DNA of 64,000 nucleotides from a virus (Duplodnaviria; Heunggongvirae; Uroviricota; Caudoviricetes): IMG/VR virus record IMGVR_UViG_2513237361_000012, positions 1 to 64,000 of that record; one strand, 5' to 3'. Shown piece by piece: positions 62,622 to 64,000 of this stretch (position 1 is its first letter; each line of letters starts with the position of its first letter). The notes under the pieces were generated by a model. It saw only the letters and a program-made list of their open reading frames with translations, ran no database searches and was not told where the DNA came from. The position numbers and the translations under genes were made by a program.

Positions 62622-63799
62622 GCACAAAATTTTATACCCTGCTGACGGATATTGGCGCGGCGAAACTTGCCAGCGCCGCCGCGCTCGGTGTGCCGCTAAA
62701 AATTACCCATATGGCGGTGGGCGATGGTGGCGGAACATTGCCGACGCCAGACTCAAAGCAGACTGTACTGGTAAATGAGAAACGCCGGGCTGCGCTGAAT
62801 ATGCTCTATATCGACCCGCAGAACAGCAGCCAGATTATTGCTGAACAGGTGATCCCTGAAAACGAGGGCGGTTGGTGGATACGTGAAGTGGGCCTGTTTG
62901 ATGAGTCCGGAGCATTGATTGCCGTGGGCAACTGCCCGGAAAGCTATAAGCCGCAACTGGCTGAAGGCAGCGGGCGCACCCAGACCGTGCGCATGGTGCT
63001 GATTACCAGCAGTACGGACAATATCACCCTGAAAATCGACCCTGCTGTAGTGCTGGCAACCCGTAAATACGTGGATGATGAAGTCCTGGAATTAAAGCTG
63101 TATGTGGATGACCAGATGAGAAACCACATTGCCGCACAAGATCCTCATACCCAGTATGCGCAGAAACATAATCCGACATTTACCGGAGAACCAAAAGCGC
63201 CGACGCCTGCAGCAGGAAATAACACCACGCGGATTGCGACCACTGAGTTTGTTCAGGCCGCTATTACTGCTCTGATTAACGGTGCGCCAGCCACGCTGGA
63301 CACACTGAAAGAAATTGCCGCAGCCATTAACAATGACCCGAAATTCAGTACCACCATTAACAATGCGCTGGCACTAAAAGCACCGCTGTCGAGTCCGGCA
63401 CTCACCGGAACGCCAACAGCACCTACTGCGGCACAGTCGGTCAACAATACACAGATTGCCACTACAGCTTTTGTGAAATCAGCGATTGCAGCAATGGTGG
63501 GTTCTGCACCTGCGGCACTGGATACACTGAACGAACTGGCGGCGGCGCTGGGGAATGACCCGAACTTTGCCACGACAATGCTTAATGCACTGGCAGGTAA
63601 ACAACCGCTGGACAATACGCTGACTAATTTGAGTGGAAAGGATGTAGCTGGTCTTCTCACATACCTTGGTTTGGGAGAAGCTGTTGCAGTGCCACAGCGT
63701 CCTGGCTTTTCGGAGAAAAGTCTTTCAGGCCAAGCTGCTTACGATAGGCATCCCACCAACGGGAAAGAAGCTGGTAACGTCCGGCGGCTGTTGATTTGA
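62618..63799 (+). CDS. H: Tail fiber protein H-like, truncated with a foreign 3' end
   Basis: N-terminal about 360 aa match P2/186 gpH pattern incl. two conserved repeat blocks; last about 35 codons read through antisense lambdoid R sequence. Confidence 0.7.
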   Translation: MSTKFYTLLTDIGAAKLASAAALGVPLKITHMAVGDGGGTLPTPDSKQTVLVNEKRRAALNMLYIDPQNSSQIIAEQVIPENEGGWWIREVGLFDESGALIAVGNCPESYKPQLAEGSGRTQTVRMVLITSSTDNITLKIDPAVVLATRKYVDDEVLELKLYVDDQMRNHIAAQDPHTQYAQKHNPTFTGEPKAPTPAAGNNTTRIATTEFVQAAITALINGAPATLDTLKEIAAAINNDPKFSTTINNALALKAPLSSPALTGTPTAPTAAQSVNNTQIATTAFVKSAIAAMVGSAPAALDTLNELAAALGNDPNFATTMLNALAGKQPLDNTLTNLSGKDVAGLLTYLGLGEAVAVPQRPGFSEKSLSGQAAYDRHPTNGKEAGNVRRLLI

Positions 63800-63974
63800 G
63801 TTTTGGGTTTAGCGTGACAAGTTTGCGAGGGTGATCGGAGTAATCAGTGAATAGCTCTCCGCCAACAATGACGTCATAACCATGATTTCTGGTTTTCTGA
63901 CGTCCGTTATCAGTTCCCTCTGACCACGCCAGCATATCGAGGAACGCCTTACGTTGATTATTGATTTCCACCAT
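63657..63974 (-). pseudogene. R: Lambdoid endolysin R, 5' fragment (transglycosylase), truncated
   Basis: First about 98 aa match lambda R (MVEINNQRKAFLDMLAWSEGTDNG...) by recall; homology ends at about 63681. Confidence 0.7.
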
Positions 63975-64000
63975 CTTCTACTCCGGCTTTTTTAGCAGCG
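63958..64000 (-). CDS. S: Lambdoid holin S, 3' end (partial at window edge)
   Basis: Encodes ...AAKKAGVEDGGNQ-stop overlapping R start, as in lambda S/R. Confidence 0.5.
   Translation of the reverse strand, partial: AAKKAGVEDGGNQ

Overview
This 64-kb window looks like an Escherichia coli-type chromosomal segment around ybjI-ybjJ-rcdA carrying two prophages. (1) A Mu-like transposable prophage of about 35.9 kb (307-36253) is inserted inside the HAD-phosphatase gene ybjI, splitting it into two fragments (1-318 and 36250-36771) with a 5-bp duplication (ATATC). It encodes Mu-type c/ner/A/B, Gam, Mor, a full head and contractile-tail module, two tail-fiber/assembly gene pairs and com-mom at the distal end. 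(2) A phage 186-like (P2-family) prophage starts next to rcdA (about 38.6 kb) and runs to the window end. It carries int, cI/apl/cII, a Dam methyltransferase, replication gene A, a LexA-box-controlled DinI/Tum-like gene, then an accessory hotspot with a 352-aa unknown protein, a cos-like site and a retron (msr/msd plus a 586-aa reverse transcriptase with a C-terminal Toprim-like domain, consistent with retron Ec67 as far as I recall it), followed by P2-type late genes Q through H. Gene H is cut short and abuts inverted lambdoid S/R lysis genes at about 63.69 kb. A SIR2-like gene sits between the host junction and int. All calls rest on reading the supplied translations and sequence by eye; no database search was run. 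The best candidates for an undescribed or under-described system are the 352-aa protein beside the retron, the SIR2-like gene, and an AT-rich convergent gene pair inside the Mu-like early region.
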